DNA of 62,346 bases, filler included, from Collodictyon triciliatum (GCA_043381765.1; 11 parts of 11 records of this genome joined end to end with filler, not necessarily neighbours in it), one strand, 5' to 3'; positions 26,960 through 39,738 are shown, counted from the whole stretch's first letter. Program-made: numbers and translations. Notes: generated by a model not told the origin, from the sequence alone.

Positions 26960-29586
26960 ATGTTGGGGTTCCTTCAGTGCGGTTTTCGCCTCGGCCAGTC
27001 AACTTGGAGACCAACCCTGAGCGCCATTTCAACGATCTCAAGTCGTCTGAAGCAGCCAAGCCCTGGAGTTTCGGGGTATCCAAGCCGCTTTTCTTGTCTT
27101 TCACGGAGGTTTTATGTCTTGGAAAATCGAGATTACTCGAAATCAGATGTAGCAAAGGTAAAACACGGAATAAAGATGGAAACGCAGGTCAAGCCAAAGC
27201 GTTCTTCTGGTTTTATAGATCGCCTTGTCTTCTTTTCCAATATCGGGCTTTTAGTCCTTGGACACAGTAGCCTAGTTCTTCGTCTTTCCTTTGCTGGATT
27301 TGTCATGTACACTTCAGGTTTGTTTTCCCATGCCATTGCACGAAATCTACAGCATTCAACTTTAGCATTATTATCTTATTTTATTATTATATCATAATAC
27401 TATTACCTGGATTCACTCGCCTCATGTGTTTTATGATTAATCAGACTTGTCACATTATTACATTATATTTATTAGTACAAAGAACATTTATTTATTTCTT
27501 AATCCAATCCTTTTAAAAGTAATGTTATTTGGAAGGAAGATTAAAAAAAAAACTAAAAAACTTATCGCGTTCGCTTTATCAGACCAGATTTATTTGCTTT
27601 GAGGCTGTGATTGACGTCTTCTGAAAACAAATCACGATTTAATCAATATCAATAGGTATTGGCGGGGAAACTCTGCTGCCCTCTTGGTTATCTCATTGGA
27701 TTTTTCAGAAAACTGCATTTACCATTCACTTTGAGAGTGCAAAAACTATTTGGTCAGAAAATGTTATTCAGTTTTCAAATATAAAGATCAAGAGGAACAA
27801 AGAAGATATGGATTTGTTGAATTATCACCCTTCATACTCTGAAATTGAGTTCTACGCCACAAAATTGCTCGTCCAGTTCTCTTTTGAATGGTTTCTTGAA
27901 GGTTTAGTAATATTTTTGACCTATTATTTTTCAGTAAGAATATTATCTTTAATGACACCCTCTTTGAATCGAATAAAGGAAAAAATATTTAATGACACAC
28001 AATCGTATAAATACAAATAATGCGGATATAATCAAAGAGAAATCAAACAAAATCTATACTCATTTTTATATTTTTTTTTTACTACAAGATTACATGTTTG
28101 TCGAAGTCTTATATCCAAATATAAATGTTTTCTTTGTCGATGTCTCGGACGTTCCTTGGCTGAGGCCCTCTGTTATGTTTTTGTTATCAGTTAGGACAGT
28201 TTTAACCGAAATTTCTATTGTAATTTAATCAGGAAAAGGATTCATCAAGCAAGTTGAAGCACATGATGTCATTTGGACATTCGATCGCCGCAAAATCCCG
28301 GATACTTTTGAAAGCCCTTATGTTGTGGATGATTCTAGCGCCACATTGTTCCACTTAAATTCATTTATCATACGAAATGCAGAAGTAAGAATTCTCTATC
28401 CAAACTTTCGCCCCGTCCACATCCATCTCTACAAGTTTGATTGTGATCGATTTCGTGATCGATGGGTCTTGCTGGACTTACTCACTGCAAAGACAGTTAT
28501 TGGAACTATTGATTCACACTTATTTTCTCTTCAGAAGCAAATTGGCCACGAGGTATGCAGCAACTGATTTCCTATACGACGAATTTATACCACCTTTTTA
28601 ACTTTGCTTGCTTTCAAAAATCTATCATAAAAATGAACATAATTCAACTCAACATGTTGCTACATTTATCATATTTATAGTCCCTAATTCGCATCGATTC
28701 CATAAATACCGATCTCATCGGAGGAGGAGAAAAAGGACAGTTAAAATGGGTTCTGGATGGTAGAGTTGACCAATTTATTCGCATATGTTGGACTCCAAAT
28801 CTTGACTACTGGGACACTCGGAAGTTGCCCGAGCATTGGGGGTCTCGAGAAGGTTTGTCTTATAGTTGTATCAGTCTTTTCAAGCATACAGAATCCCATG
28901 TCATTCAATTTAATTGCGGTGTTTATATTAGCTTATCACGTCCGTCTTGTATGCAAGCATATTCCTCATATTTAAACTCTGTATCACAGTTCTTATGAAC
29001 GCAAAGTTCGTATTCAAGGATTTGTACATGCGAGTTCCGTTGATGAATACAGAAATGTCATACATTCGCAGCGCTGTTATCCAACCTCTGATATTTTATC
29101 TCAACAATATCAACTATGCACCCGATTTTGACATTAAATTCTCTATTCCGCTGGCAAGTAGTTTGCTTTTTTTTTTCTCGACATATTTATTTTTTCCTTT
29201 CAATTTGATGTAGGCACAAATACTTTGTCAGTTCTTAACTACTCTGGTCTTATTTTTTACTCGAGACTTGGAACTATACTATTCCACTGATATAGTTATA
29301 TTGAAAACTTAGACATTCTAGCCCTGAAATAGCCTATTAGTCATGTTAATCCTTTTCATTTTCTTTTTAGCATGAGTTTTTGGATGCATGGTCATTCCAT
29401 GATACTTCCATCCCGCGCAAGGTTGTGTTGGAATGCGAAAGACAAGCGACCCAGGGTGATGAGCGCACGGCAAAGTCCAATTGGTTCCAAATGTATATCC
29501 TGGAGACGTCTGTTTTCTTGTACCAAAAATTTGTGGAGTCGTTTACCAGGCTCTTGGATTTCTCTTACAGGTGGTTTGCATACTAG
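26960..29586 (+). CDS. MDM31: Mdm31/Mdm32-family mitochondrial inner-membrane protein, multi-exon
   Basis: Arg/Ser-rich presequence and TM segment, then FHLNSFIIRNAEV..YPNFRPVHIHLYKFDCDRFRDRWVLLDLL, RIDSINTDLI..GQLKWVLDGRVD, KDLYMRVPLMNTEMSYIRSAVIQPLIFYLN and EFLDAWSFHDT, all in the order seen in fungal Mdm31. Confidence 0.85.
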
Positions 29587-30112
29587 ATCGAACCTTGGCT
29601 AGTTTTATCAATGATTCTCTGAAGGACACCTTGTCAGCCTATTTTAATGTCCATAGTAGCCATATAAATTTTTCTTCCTTGAATTCATCTTAACGAAGTC
29701 TTTTCAGTTTTGTTTCCAATTATTTTCCCAACAGCGCTATACAGCATCTATATCTTCTCTTTACTCTATATCAAATACTTGCTTATAATCCCTCTTACTG
29801 GGTATTACTTTCGTTAAATATTGATACATCAAGGAATGAACAACATCGTAAATTAGTTACAATTTCGAGATGTGCTGATGGCTATTAGCTATATGTAATT
29901 ATGCATTATTCAATTTCGCTTTTTATATGATTATTGGTAATTTTTTCTTTTTTTATGATTATTGGTAAATTATTATCAAAGGATTGATTTCCAAAAAACT
30001 TTTTTTTTTCATTTTGTGAGTTGGAAATATTTGTAATTCAGCGGTTAAGATACAGTATTTCTTATCTATGTAAATGCGGAATCCTTACATGCACATATGA
30101 TGGCCTTGTTTT

Positions 30113-30240
30113 TATTATATCCGACTAGAAGGGGTATACCAATAGATAGATTGGTAAACCTGGTGCGCTGGTATCCAAGGTCTCGCCACCTTTTTTCACA
30201 AAGGTCGTGTAGTGGTGATGAGTGCCAGGAAAGACCCAAC
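30113..30240 (-). ncRNA. Candidate Fanzor omega-RNA scaffold / element right end
   Basis: Lies just 3' of the nuclease RuvC-III segment. Stems GGUCU/AGACC and ACCUUU/AAAGGU, a 10/11-bp hairpin (30133-30143 with 30150-30160) and a crossing CCUGG/CCAGG pairing. Confidence 0.55.
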
Positions 30241-30254
30241 AGTCTGTTTTTTAG

Positions 30255-32131
30255 AAGAAGGTGTACGCGCATATTTTGAAGGATTAAAAGAGCTTTGTTG
30301 AGTATATTTTTAGCGCTGTTAGAGTCCTTTGTCAAGAATACACTTTGTTTACTCTATGAGCGATTGTGTTCTTTACACATGAGACATCTATACATTTTTT
30401 TTTTTTTGTATTTCCTTTAGGTGTCATATATTTCAATTCTTTTTCGCAGTTGAAACACATCTTGGAGGTTCTAAATTCATCTACACTAACTGCTTCAAAG
30501 CATTTGTATAGCATTTTTTGTAACCGTCTTCCGATTGTTGCCGTTAAATGTTTCATCGGAGATTTTCTACTTCAGTCCCCATACGCCAATACAACATCCT
30601 TGCCAAATGTCTTTTCGATTCGGTCCATAAACAACTGTTCACTTCTTTTTGTATTAACATACTGTCTCCACCTCATCTTTCGAAAAGTTCGTGCTCATAA
30701 AATCTGGATAGTTCTATCTGGCATCTTGATTTCATAGATACATATTTTCGAAATCTTTCATAATCGGCCGTGCGTGAATTATGTTTACTCAGTTCTGTCT
30801 CTAAATCGATTAAAGATATTCTTAATGTCTCAAACTGCTGATTCTCTTCAAAAGTCATGGCAACAAAAGAAACAGCACTTTGTAAACCTGTTGCCATGCA
30901 TATCCCCGAAGCATTGTGCTTTTCTTTTTTTCTCGCGCATGAGTATTTTGTGATTTTCAAGAGGTTTGCTATCATGTCCTGTTTGGTGTGCTGAATAACG
31001 TAATTTCTTACCTGTCTCCGCCACCATGCAAACAAATTAAACTTGCCTGCGTCCACTCAAACTATTATTATTTTTCGCTAATAAAGATAACTGCTCTTCG
31101 GAAAGTTCATCTATACATAAATATATTCTTGGGTCTTTTGACTAAGTTAGGATTTTTGAATTTGAAATACCTTTCTTTTCAAACAATAATGACACCGCCA
31201 AGCCGTCTGTTTGTATCGTGTATTTAAAATTGTAGTCTTTTTGATGAAAGACCCTCTTCTTCATTTCAAAGAAATCATCCCATAGGGCCTCTTACCATCC
31301 TGATATATTCTCCAATAATTTTGGCTTTCCAGATAATACTAATAGACATATCAAACATGCGGTATCTAGAGTAATATGACGTGATATATTGGTAGTTCTT
31401 ATGGGGATTGGTTGCAACAGTTTGGCTCTAATGTCCTCAAAAATGCGATTCGTGTAAATCAGACATGGTATGCACTTATTTGGATTGACTTTGACGTCAT
31501 ATTTGATATCATTTACAAATCGCTGGGAATGATATGATGCAAATGCGTTATAGCCCATTCTTTATATTGCTATGGTATTTCGAGATTCTTGAAGATGGCT
31601 TTTCTTATCTTTCGTAACTCAGCCTTTTCAATAGCTATCTGTCATATTCTCATCTTTAGGAACTGTTTGATTTATAAAGTGCAGTAACCTCTTTACAAAT
31701 GTTCCTTAATGTCATTGTGATAAGCTTTAACATTTGCTTCGCCAAGTTAATACACGAGACAGTATAACCAACGGAAAGCGTTCTTCTCGGGACAAAAGGA
31801 ATCGAAAATCATTGAGATAAAAAGTCATCATGTCATCTCTCAAACCTGGTTTTTTTAATCTTGCGGGTCTATCTTGTGAAGCTACTCCGACTGTCTTCAA
31901 AGCGTACAAAAAACATTTCATCGATTGTTGGGAGTTGTTGTGATTTCAATGTGTCCATCTTGCGAACAGATAAGCGTCGGTAACCAAATTATGACACAAT
32001 AAAGCCGTATCGTTGGTTTTGTCATAGTCATCCGCATTATTTACAATCGACTTTCGAGAGGTTTTCACATTTCGATAGTCTGGTTTTACCGACTTCAGAT
32101 TCTCAGACTCAAGATGTTTTCTTTTCTTCAT
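30255..32131 (-). pseudogene. Fanzor1: Fanzor1 (eukaryotic TnpB-derived RNA-guided RuvC endonuclease), intronless, multiply frameshifted
   Basis: Joining frames gives KTSRKSI, LPTIDE, QPIPIRTTNISRHITLDTA, TIQTDGLAVSLLF, RuvC-I IIV*VDAGKFNL, FRKMRWRQY, LAYGD*S, RuvC-II VDEFRTSKMCFNC, RCLMCKEH and RuvC-III KDSNSAKNIL. Confidence 0.9.
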
Positions 32132-32852
32132 GTGAAAGTCTTTGTTTTACTTTTTCCTTTAGAAAAGTACCGATTTAACTATTTTAGTAAAATTTTATTC
32201 AATCAGTCAATTTAATACATGAATAAGAAAACTGCATAAAATCAATTTAGGTAAAATTGAGCATCTACCAAGGCTTTCATAATGTGCGCATTGTAGCAGA
32301 CAAACAAACAAAGTTTTTTTTATAGGTGATTGAGACAAAACCCTGAGAGCCGACTCGGCGAGTTCGAAGGGCCAGCCGTATAGCCATTGCAGCTGAAAGT
32401 CAGCATATCAGCCGCAGACAACATGATTACCGCCGCAAGTGTGGATAGTATGCTTTTTTGAAATGCGTGTTTGGTGGGAGGTTTGTAGGGTGGGTTCTGC
32501 TGGGTCAACGCAAGAGCTTGTTTGTAATTTTTGAATTTTAATTCGGAACAAGATTTACATAAAGGAAAAATAAAATATAAGCTGATTATAGGAATGGAAT
32601 GAGATTATAAAGTATTTTTAGCCTTATTATATATACTAATCGTACTACTATATTATTCATATTGCTTCTTGGACTCATCAAAGCTACTGCTTCCGTTAAT
32701 CCAGATTTAATTCGATGTTTGTCTGTGCAATAAACTGTTACATACGGGTACACTTTCGTTGTATATAAAGTATTGTGCCTTGAAAGGGATAAACCAAGTT
32801 CGTCACAACCTTTGCAATGAAGTTTATCCATTTACAGGCTGAATGAGACCGA

Positions 32853-33021
32853 AGAAAGGAGAAAGGAGAAAGGAGAAAGGAGAAAGGAGAAAGGAGAAAG
32901 GAGAAAGGAGAAAGGAGAAAGGAGAAAGGAGAAAGGAGAAAGGAGAAGGAAAGGAAAGGAAAGGAAAGGAAAGAAAAGAAAAGAAAAGAAAAGAAAAGAA
33001 AAGAAAAGAAAAGAAAAGAAA
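32853..33021. repeat. Purine microsatellite (GAAAGGA)n-(GAAAG)n-(GAAAA)n
   Basis: Read directly. Confidence 0.95.
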
Positions 33022-33255
33022 NNNNNNNNNNNNNNNNNNNNNNNNNNNNNNNNNNNNNNNNNNNNTTAATTAATTAANNNNNNNNNNNNNNNNNNNNNNN
33101 NNNNNNNNNNNNNNNNNNNNNAAAGAGAGAGAAAAAAAAGAGAGAAAAAAAAAGAGAGAAAAAAAAAAAGAGAGAAAAAAAAGAGAGAGAAAAAAAAAGA
33201 GAGAAAAAAAAAAGAGAGAAAAAAGGAGTAGGGCATGATTAGCACAAGCACGTAC

Positions 33256-33527
33256 TGCAGTTGATTGAAGCTCAGATCCAGGTAGCGGACAGACGTTGCA
33301 TACTGCTCCACAAGCTCCTCCGGAAACGCCTCGAGCTGCTGATCAACCACGTGGAGAGCGCCGTCTTCAAAGTGGAAGGACAAACCAGCGGGCTCTGCCT
33401 CTGTCTCTGCCTGCTGATACTCCTGCTGGTATTCCGGCTGCTCTGTTTCCGCTGGTGCTAACGTGGCTGCCGGCGCTGCCTCGTGCGTTGTCTCCACCTT
33501 CTTTGTACGCGAGCGATTCGATTCCAT
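33256..33527 (-). CDS. First exon of an LRR protein (LRMDA/C10orf11-like); rest off contig
   Basis: MESNRS...LHVVDQQLEAFPEELVEQYATSVRYLDLSFNQLQ followed by a GTACGT donor. Confidence 0.65.
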
Positions 33528-33654
33528 GCCTGTTGTACTTTTTGTGACTCTCCTTTTGTCTTTTTCCTCTTCTTCTTGTTCTTCTTCCGCCTTTTCTTGC
33601 TTCCTTCTTTCTTTGTGTAGTTCCTTCCCTAAGTGATAGACGCAGTCTTTTATC

Positions 33655-33685
<31 letters not shown>

Positions 33686-34508
33686 GCAAGGGTTGTCGGA
33701 TCTTCACCACCTCCCACGACGGAGGCATTTGGATCTCATATGAGTCTGCTGTTAGTTCAACTGAGTACCCCAGACTACACGCACAAAGAACCCAATATAA
33801 ATAATAAAAATAAAAATAAAAAAAAGAAGAGAGGAGAGGAATACAAAACGCGAGGTCAGAGGAGGCGACAGAAGAGAAGTGATGGGGTGCGGCGTTACAG
33901 GGTGAAAAGTCTTGTGCAAGAAAACAAGGCAAGCCAGCATTGCATGATGAGCTTCTGCCTGACTCGCGCCAACCGCACGCCCGACAGGCAAACGCCCTGC
34001 AGGAATGGCGCGGCCGCGTGGGGTTCGCGTTTTCGGATTAGGCCGCCCTGCTTTGAATCTTGTACCTGCCACTTTCCAGTTGATCAAACGGAGCGGAAGG
34101 CGCAGGGAGAAAAAAAAAAAAAAGGAAAATAGGAAAGGAATGTCTTTTATCATATTTTGGAATTTCTTACTTAATATTACTAGTGTGGAAAAGGGTGAGG
34201 CGAAGCCCTGCTGTGCTTTTCTTTTTCCTGCAAGATTTAAGCCAACGGCAACAACAATCCCGATCGTTGTGTTGGGATCGCAGGAGCAGCACGCGAGGGT
34301 GGGTTGCGGAGGGGTCTTTTTTTTTTTTTTTCGGTGTTTCGCATCTTGTTTTTTGGTTGATGTACTTTGGTGGCCTGGTGACTCGACTTGGACGCCAAAA
34401 ATATGGACACGCAACCATATCGTTTTTGAATCCAACAAAAGTGACACGCTCCAACGATTGCTCCTGTGATATTCGTCCATACTACCCCCAACCTTGGAAA
34501 TGAGATTC

Positions 34509-34509
34509 C

Positions 34510-34607
<98 letters not shown>
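34509..34607. repeat. (ATT)n microsatellite
   Basis: Read directly. Confidence 0.95.
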
Positions 34608-34608
<1 letters not shown>

Positions 34609-34838
34609 GCTGCTGATATATTTATCAACTCAGCCCACCTTGAAAAAATCGTGTCTGAGAAAAGAGTCTAGCCTCATTGCAAACCTTTACATGAATCCTT
34701 TTTTTTTTATTTACTTAACATTGACATTAACTTTATTGTATTGTATTGTCCGATTTCGTAAAATAATCATCATAATTCAGCATCTCTTAAAGAATAATGA
34801 TGTATGGTAGATATATTGCCGTCCCTAATTCTTGCAGG

Positions 34839-37800
34839 ATGAATCGTCTCGCACCAAAGTCTACCAACAAGGCCACAAAAAGGGTCAGTCTTAGTTAAAT
34901 GATCAATATCATTAAAAAAAAATTTTTTTTTTGTAATAAAAATGCACTGTTAGCTGATACTAGCGTAAATGCAACCTTACGTATAAGCCAATGCTCCAGG
35001 TGAAAGCATGTTCAAAATCTTCCTGTTTATTAATAATCATGTAGACTCCAACTCCCATGATGCGATCTGCTGGGCCAGAAAGTGAAAAATACCACGAAAC
35101 CATAAAAAAGTACCACGAGGAGTTGATGGACTCTCATGTATCAATACAGCAAAAGGATCGTGCCCTGCAAAGCCATATACAAACTCAATCCTGGTTATTC
35201 CAGAAGCTTTGTATCGCCCGTGTGGACCTGGATAGTCTACAGTCAAAGTGGAGCTTCATATTTGATGCGTTGAAGGAGTATCAATCCGAGGGCAAATCTA
35301 TGCCTATCCAGGCGCGCGACTTACATGTAGTATCATACATCGACCGTTTGCTTCGCATGTTCAAGCAAAAATCCATGGAAACGCCATCTTTTGAAGAGTT
35401 TACTCAGGCTCGACAAAGTCAGGTACAGCTGATACAACAACAAATGTCTCGGGATTTGAATGTTCCTTTTCAAGAAATCACCGACTTTGTTGGTTCTTTA
35501 TCTTCAGTTTTTCAAAGTCCCAGTGTTATTTCAGAGCAACCTTCTAAAATGGAAGGAAAAGAAAGCTCTCATCAGTCCTCAAAAATTTCACAATTCCTTG
35601 AATACGCATCCTCTAACATTCACGAGGACCTGGAACAGTACGGTGCTTTTTCTAATGCGGTTTCAACATATAAATCCTATGATGGCTTTGTTCTTAAGAG
35701 AATGAAAGACTGCACCGTACAAACACTACAAAATCTGAAATCCCTCCAAAGTCATTGCAGAAAATACTCCATTATCAATCAGTCCATCGATCAAGTAATC
35801 CAAGAGTATCGGTCTTTAACCTCGTCTTTAAAGCACAACCCAATGTCACAAACACCAAATGCACTATTGCAGTATTTGCACACAGCCTGGAATCCAGATG
35901 AAAAAGTGCCGGCTGTGGAAATACACAGCCAATTCATCTCGCTTCTCGAATTAATTGAAAATTTGATACATATGTTGACACAAATACATGAGATTGCACC
36001 ATCCTCAGTTTCCTATCTCATAAATATCTCATCAAAAATACGCTCAATTTTTCCAGAGGATCCATTTGGAGCTAGGCACGCCTCTTTGTCAATTCCAGAT
36101 GAAGGAAGGATAATATCAAGGTCTATTTCACGAGTCTCGCATGATTCTGGAACATCGCACAAACCTCATCGCCTTCAAGATGATATCGATACCAAACTTG
36201 TGTATTCTGAAAACCAAGAGTTGGACCAATATCCACATCGCCTCTCTGACACAAAATCCATGGGCCTTTTTCAAACTCCTTCTACAATTTTTTTGGGCTC
36301 TCCTTTTGAAGATGGTCTGTCACCTCCTCAAACTAAAGACGAAATCATCCAGGAGCTAACCAAAGAGCTTGACTTTATGAGAAAGGAATTGAGTCATTCG
36401 GATGATGCCAAAGAAGCATCCATTCGTGAATGTCGCGCTCTAGGAAGCAAATTGAAGCAGCTGCAAATCGAAAGGGACGAGCTTTTGGAATCTGAGCAAA
36501 AATTGCGTAGCGTCTTTGAAGAGCTAAGGCTTGAATATGAGCAGGGCATGAAGGTTTTTGCAGAGAAAGTTAGGGAAACTGAATTGACAAAGGAAAGCTG
36601 CGAGCACAACAGGAGAAAACTGATCGAAGCAAACAACCAAATCCGTTTATTTGAAGAAAATGAAATTGTCTCTTTTCAAAAACAGAGCGAAATGGAAAGA
36701 GAGTTGACCCGGTTAAGAAATTTTGTTGATAGGACGAGCAAATATCAAAAGTACACAAGTAATGATATCAGTGTGTCTAACATGCCTTCTCAATCTAGTG
36801 ACTTTACGTCGCACCCCATGCAGGGTGTAGACGAAATCATGAATATCCCATTATCTCCATTCGCCAACCCACGTAGTCCAGGCTGTGTCGACTCGAGTAG
36901 TATTGGCATTCAAACAGAAGTAGATGATTTCGTGACCCAGCATGAACTTTTTGTTGAATACAATAACAAGGCCCTTCAATATGAAGTTACAATACACCAG
37001 CTTCAAATGGAAATTGCTCGACTATCCGATATTGACGGACAACCACCTTTGCATATTCTTCCAAGATCGCTGGCCCCAAAAGTTTGCTACCTTCCATCAG
37101 AAATAAGTTTGGCCATAAAGTCTGATTCAGAAGCAAATCATGTTACGCACACAGAACACCCTAATTCAATCTTGCATATACAATTCTTGGAATATCAAAA
37201 CAGCGCCTTGGTTGAACAACTACAGAGAACAGAGATTGAATTGTGTGATACTAAGTCAAAAAATCAAGACCTCAACAACCATAGCTGCCAGTTGGAGTGC
37301 GATATTCAAAAGCTGAGAGAAGAGCTTGCTTGCACCGACCAGCTTCTAAACATACTGGGAACTCGAGCCGAAGAGGCATTCAAGTCTTTGGATAGAATGG
37401 AATTGGGATCACAAAGGCATGAAACTCAAGTGCAATCGATCGGTCAGCGTTTGTCAACCACAGAAAAACTGAATGAAACATTTCGAGAGTCCTTGTTTTT
37501 CTTGAATGAGAAAATATCAAAGCTTGATCTTTCTTGCACTCAAAGGGACTTGACTCATTATAACAATGAGATAGAAGAATATCGTTCTGCAACATCAACA
37601 GGCTCGAAGGGCACCGAAACCGCAGAAAGTCAAGCTAAACTGTACGAGCAACTTTTAGAATCAAAAGATGCTTTGATTAAAAGCATGAATGAAGAAATTA
37701 CTCGACTAAAAGGGATGTATGAAGCAGAAATTCAAAAAGTAGATTATCAGTTCAAGATTATTACAGAGCTCCAAGAGGCCCTTGAGCACGTCTCACAAAT

Positions 37801-38725
37801 AATGGCTAATCAAGGTGATCATACAGAAAATGTAGAAACAAGAGAATCCAGCGTTAAAGAGGATAACATCGAAAGCCATGAACCGAGAGGCATTCCATTG
37901 ACGGACATGAATATACCCGAAAAATCAATTAATATCTTCCAAGAACTCGAATTTACGAAAGAAAGCAATCTAGATCAAAATCTCTTGTCTATCGTACGAG
38001 ATATTCGAGAATCTTTTTCTCAGTTCGACCCAAGTGAAATTGATCTAAATACCAACGATATCATTATACAGTGGCTCCACTCATTTGTTCTTTACGTCAA
38101 AGATATTGCTGTGCAGCGCAACAAACTAAGGAACTTTTACTATGATTCCATCTTATACTACCAAGAAATCAGCAAAAAATTGGACGGCTGCTTGAGGGAA
38201 GCATCTCCCTTTCTGGCAAGTGAATCTCAACAAAGTGATACAGAGATCCAAGAACACAACACCCCAGTTATCTCATTTTGCCACCATCCATGCCCAATAA
38301 GCATAACGAGACCTGAAACTAAGGGTGCCGGAGTATTTCATTCAGAATCAATATCTGCGTCTGGTGACGGCGAGGAGTATGACAATGAAACAGGCCCTAC
38401 AACACAAGAGGATATCGATGCAAAGGATTGGGACGTTTTATTAGGCAAAGTACACTGCGTCTGGCGTGCTGTCCAACTGCTCCTTGCGGAGAGGACACTA
38501 TTTAGTCAACAACTGCAAAGGGCCCAGGTAGAGCTAAATCAGAAAGTTGCAGCAATTGACTCGCGAAAAAATGAAGCGGCCAATATGACTGTCATAGACG
38601 ATGTGATGAGCATCGTGCAACTGCTGATTTGCCAGTTTAGTGGATGCGATGCAGAGTTAGGTGATGGAAGTGTTTTACACGATAGCAACCATATTCCCAG
38701 CCTGACATTGGTGCATGAGTCATGA
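34839..38725 (+). CDS. Large coiled-coil protein of unknown function (>1200 aa); 3' end uncertain
   Basis: Short exon 34839-34883 splices in phase 0 to a 3.67-kb open exon starting at 35045, with several E/Q/K/L heptad stretches. A possible donor at 38711 means the gene may continue. Confidence 0.8.
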
Positions 38726-39410
38726 CATGTACATCCTGATACAAAAATAAGAAAAAAGATAAATCCACCATATATTTCCATTTTCTCACCCGCCCAATTC
38801 ACTGGGTGTCTTTTTCTATCTCTAACTCCTGTTCTATCTTCCTTTGTGCTGCTTTACGTGCTGGTGATTTGCTCATATGGAAAAGCAGTCAAAAAGAAAG
38901 ATAGCTGAGGCAGCCTACATATGCACCCAACATTTAATCCTTTTTGGATGGAATAAATGGGAAAAAAAGAGGGAGAAATTGAAAATAAAAAATTGAAAAG
39001 TAGCAAACAGATTGTGTGTTATCAAAAATGAATAGAAAAGGGGAGAAAAAACAACCTGTAGTTCCCACGAGAGCTGGGTACGTGTCGCTCGCCCCTCAGA
39101 ATTGTAATGTCTCGGAATAGGGAATCCCATTTGTGGATATTTTATTTGTGCAATTGACATCAAATACGCTACATTCTTATTTTATTGAATCTGATCGTCC
39201 CATCCACCAGCAGAGACCCACACGAATCCCTGATGACAACCAGTGCAGCCTGCCCGGAGGCCGCATTCGTTCTACGCAGCAACGCGCCGGGCTATTTTTC
39301 TCCTTTTCTGCTCCTCCTATTCTGCTTCTCCTTTCTGTCATTTTGTCTTTCGGTCTTTTTTTGTCTTTATTGTCTTTTTTTTTGTCTTTTTTTTTTTTTT
39401 TTTTTTTTTT

Positions 39411-39457
<47 letters not shown>

Positions 39458-39738
39458 TCTTTTTCGTCTTTTTTGTCTTTTTTGTCATTTTTGTCTTTTT
39501 CGTCTTTTTCGTCTTTTTCGTCTTTTTCGTCTTTTTCGTCTTTTTCGTCTTTTTTTGTCTACTTAGTCTTTCTGTATTTCTGTATTTCGTTTACGTTTTC
39601 GTTTTCTCTATTTTTTTTTTGTCTACTTATTTTTCTTCNNNNNNNNNNNNNNNNNNNNNNNNNNNNNNNNNNNNNNNNNNNNTTAATTAATTAANNNNNN
39701 NNNNNNNNNNNNNNNNNNNNNNNNNNNNNNNNNNNNNN

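Noticed and set aside
29926-29968. 15-bp direct repeat TATGATTATTGGTAA near the Fanzor end
   Set aside because: Both copies are on the same side of the element, so it is a local duplication and not a TSD.
32586-32840. Possible transposase/helicase remnant upstream of the Fanzor, or a GPCR-like exon (VVTNLVYPFQG)
   Set aside because: No DDE, HUH, serine-recombinase or helicase motif, and too short to assign.
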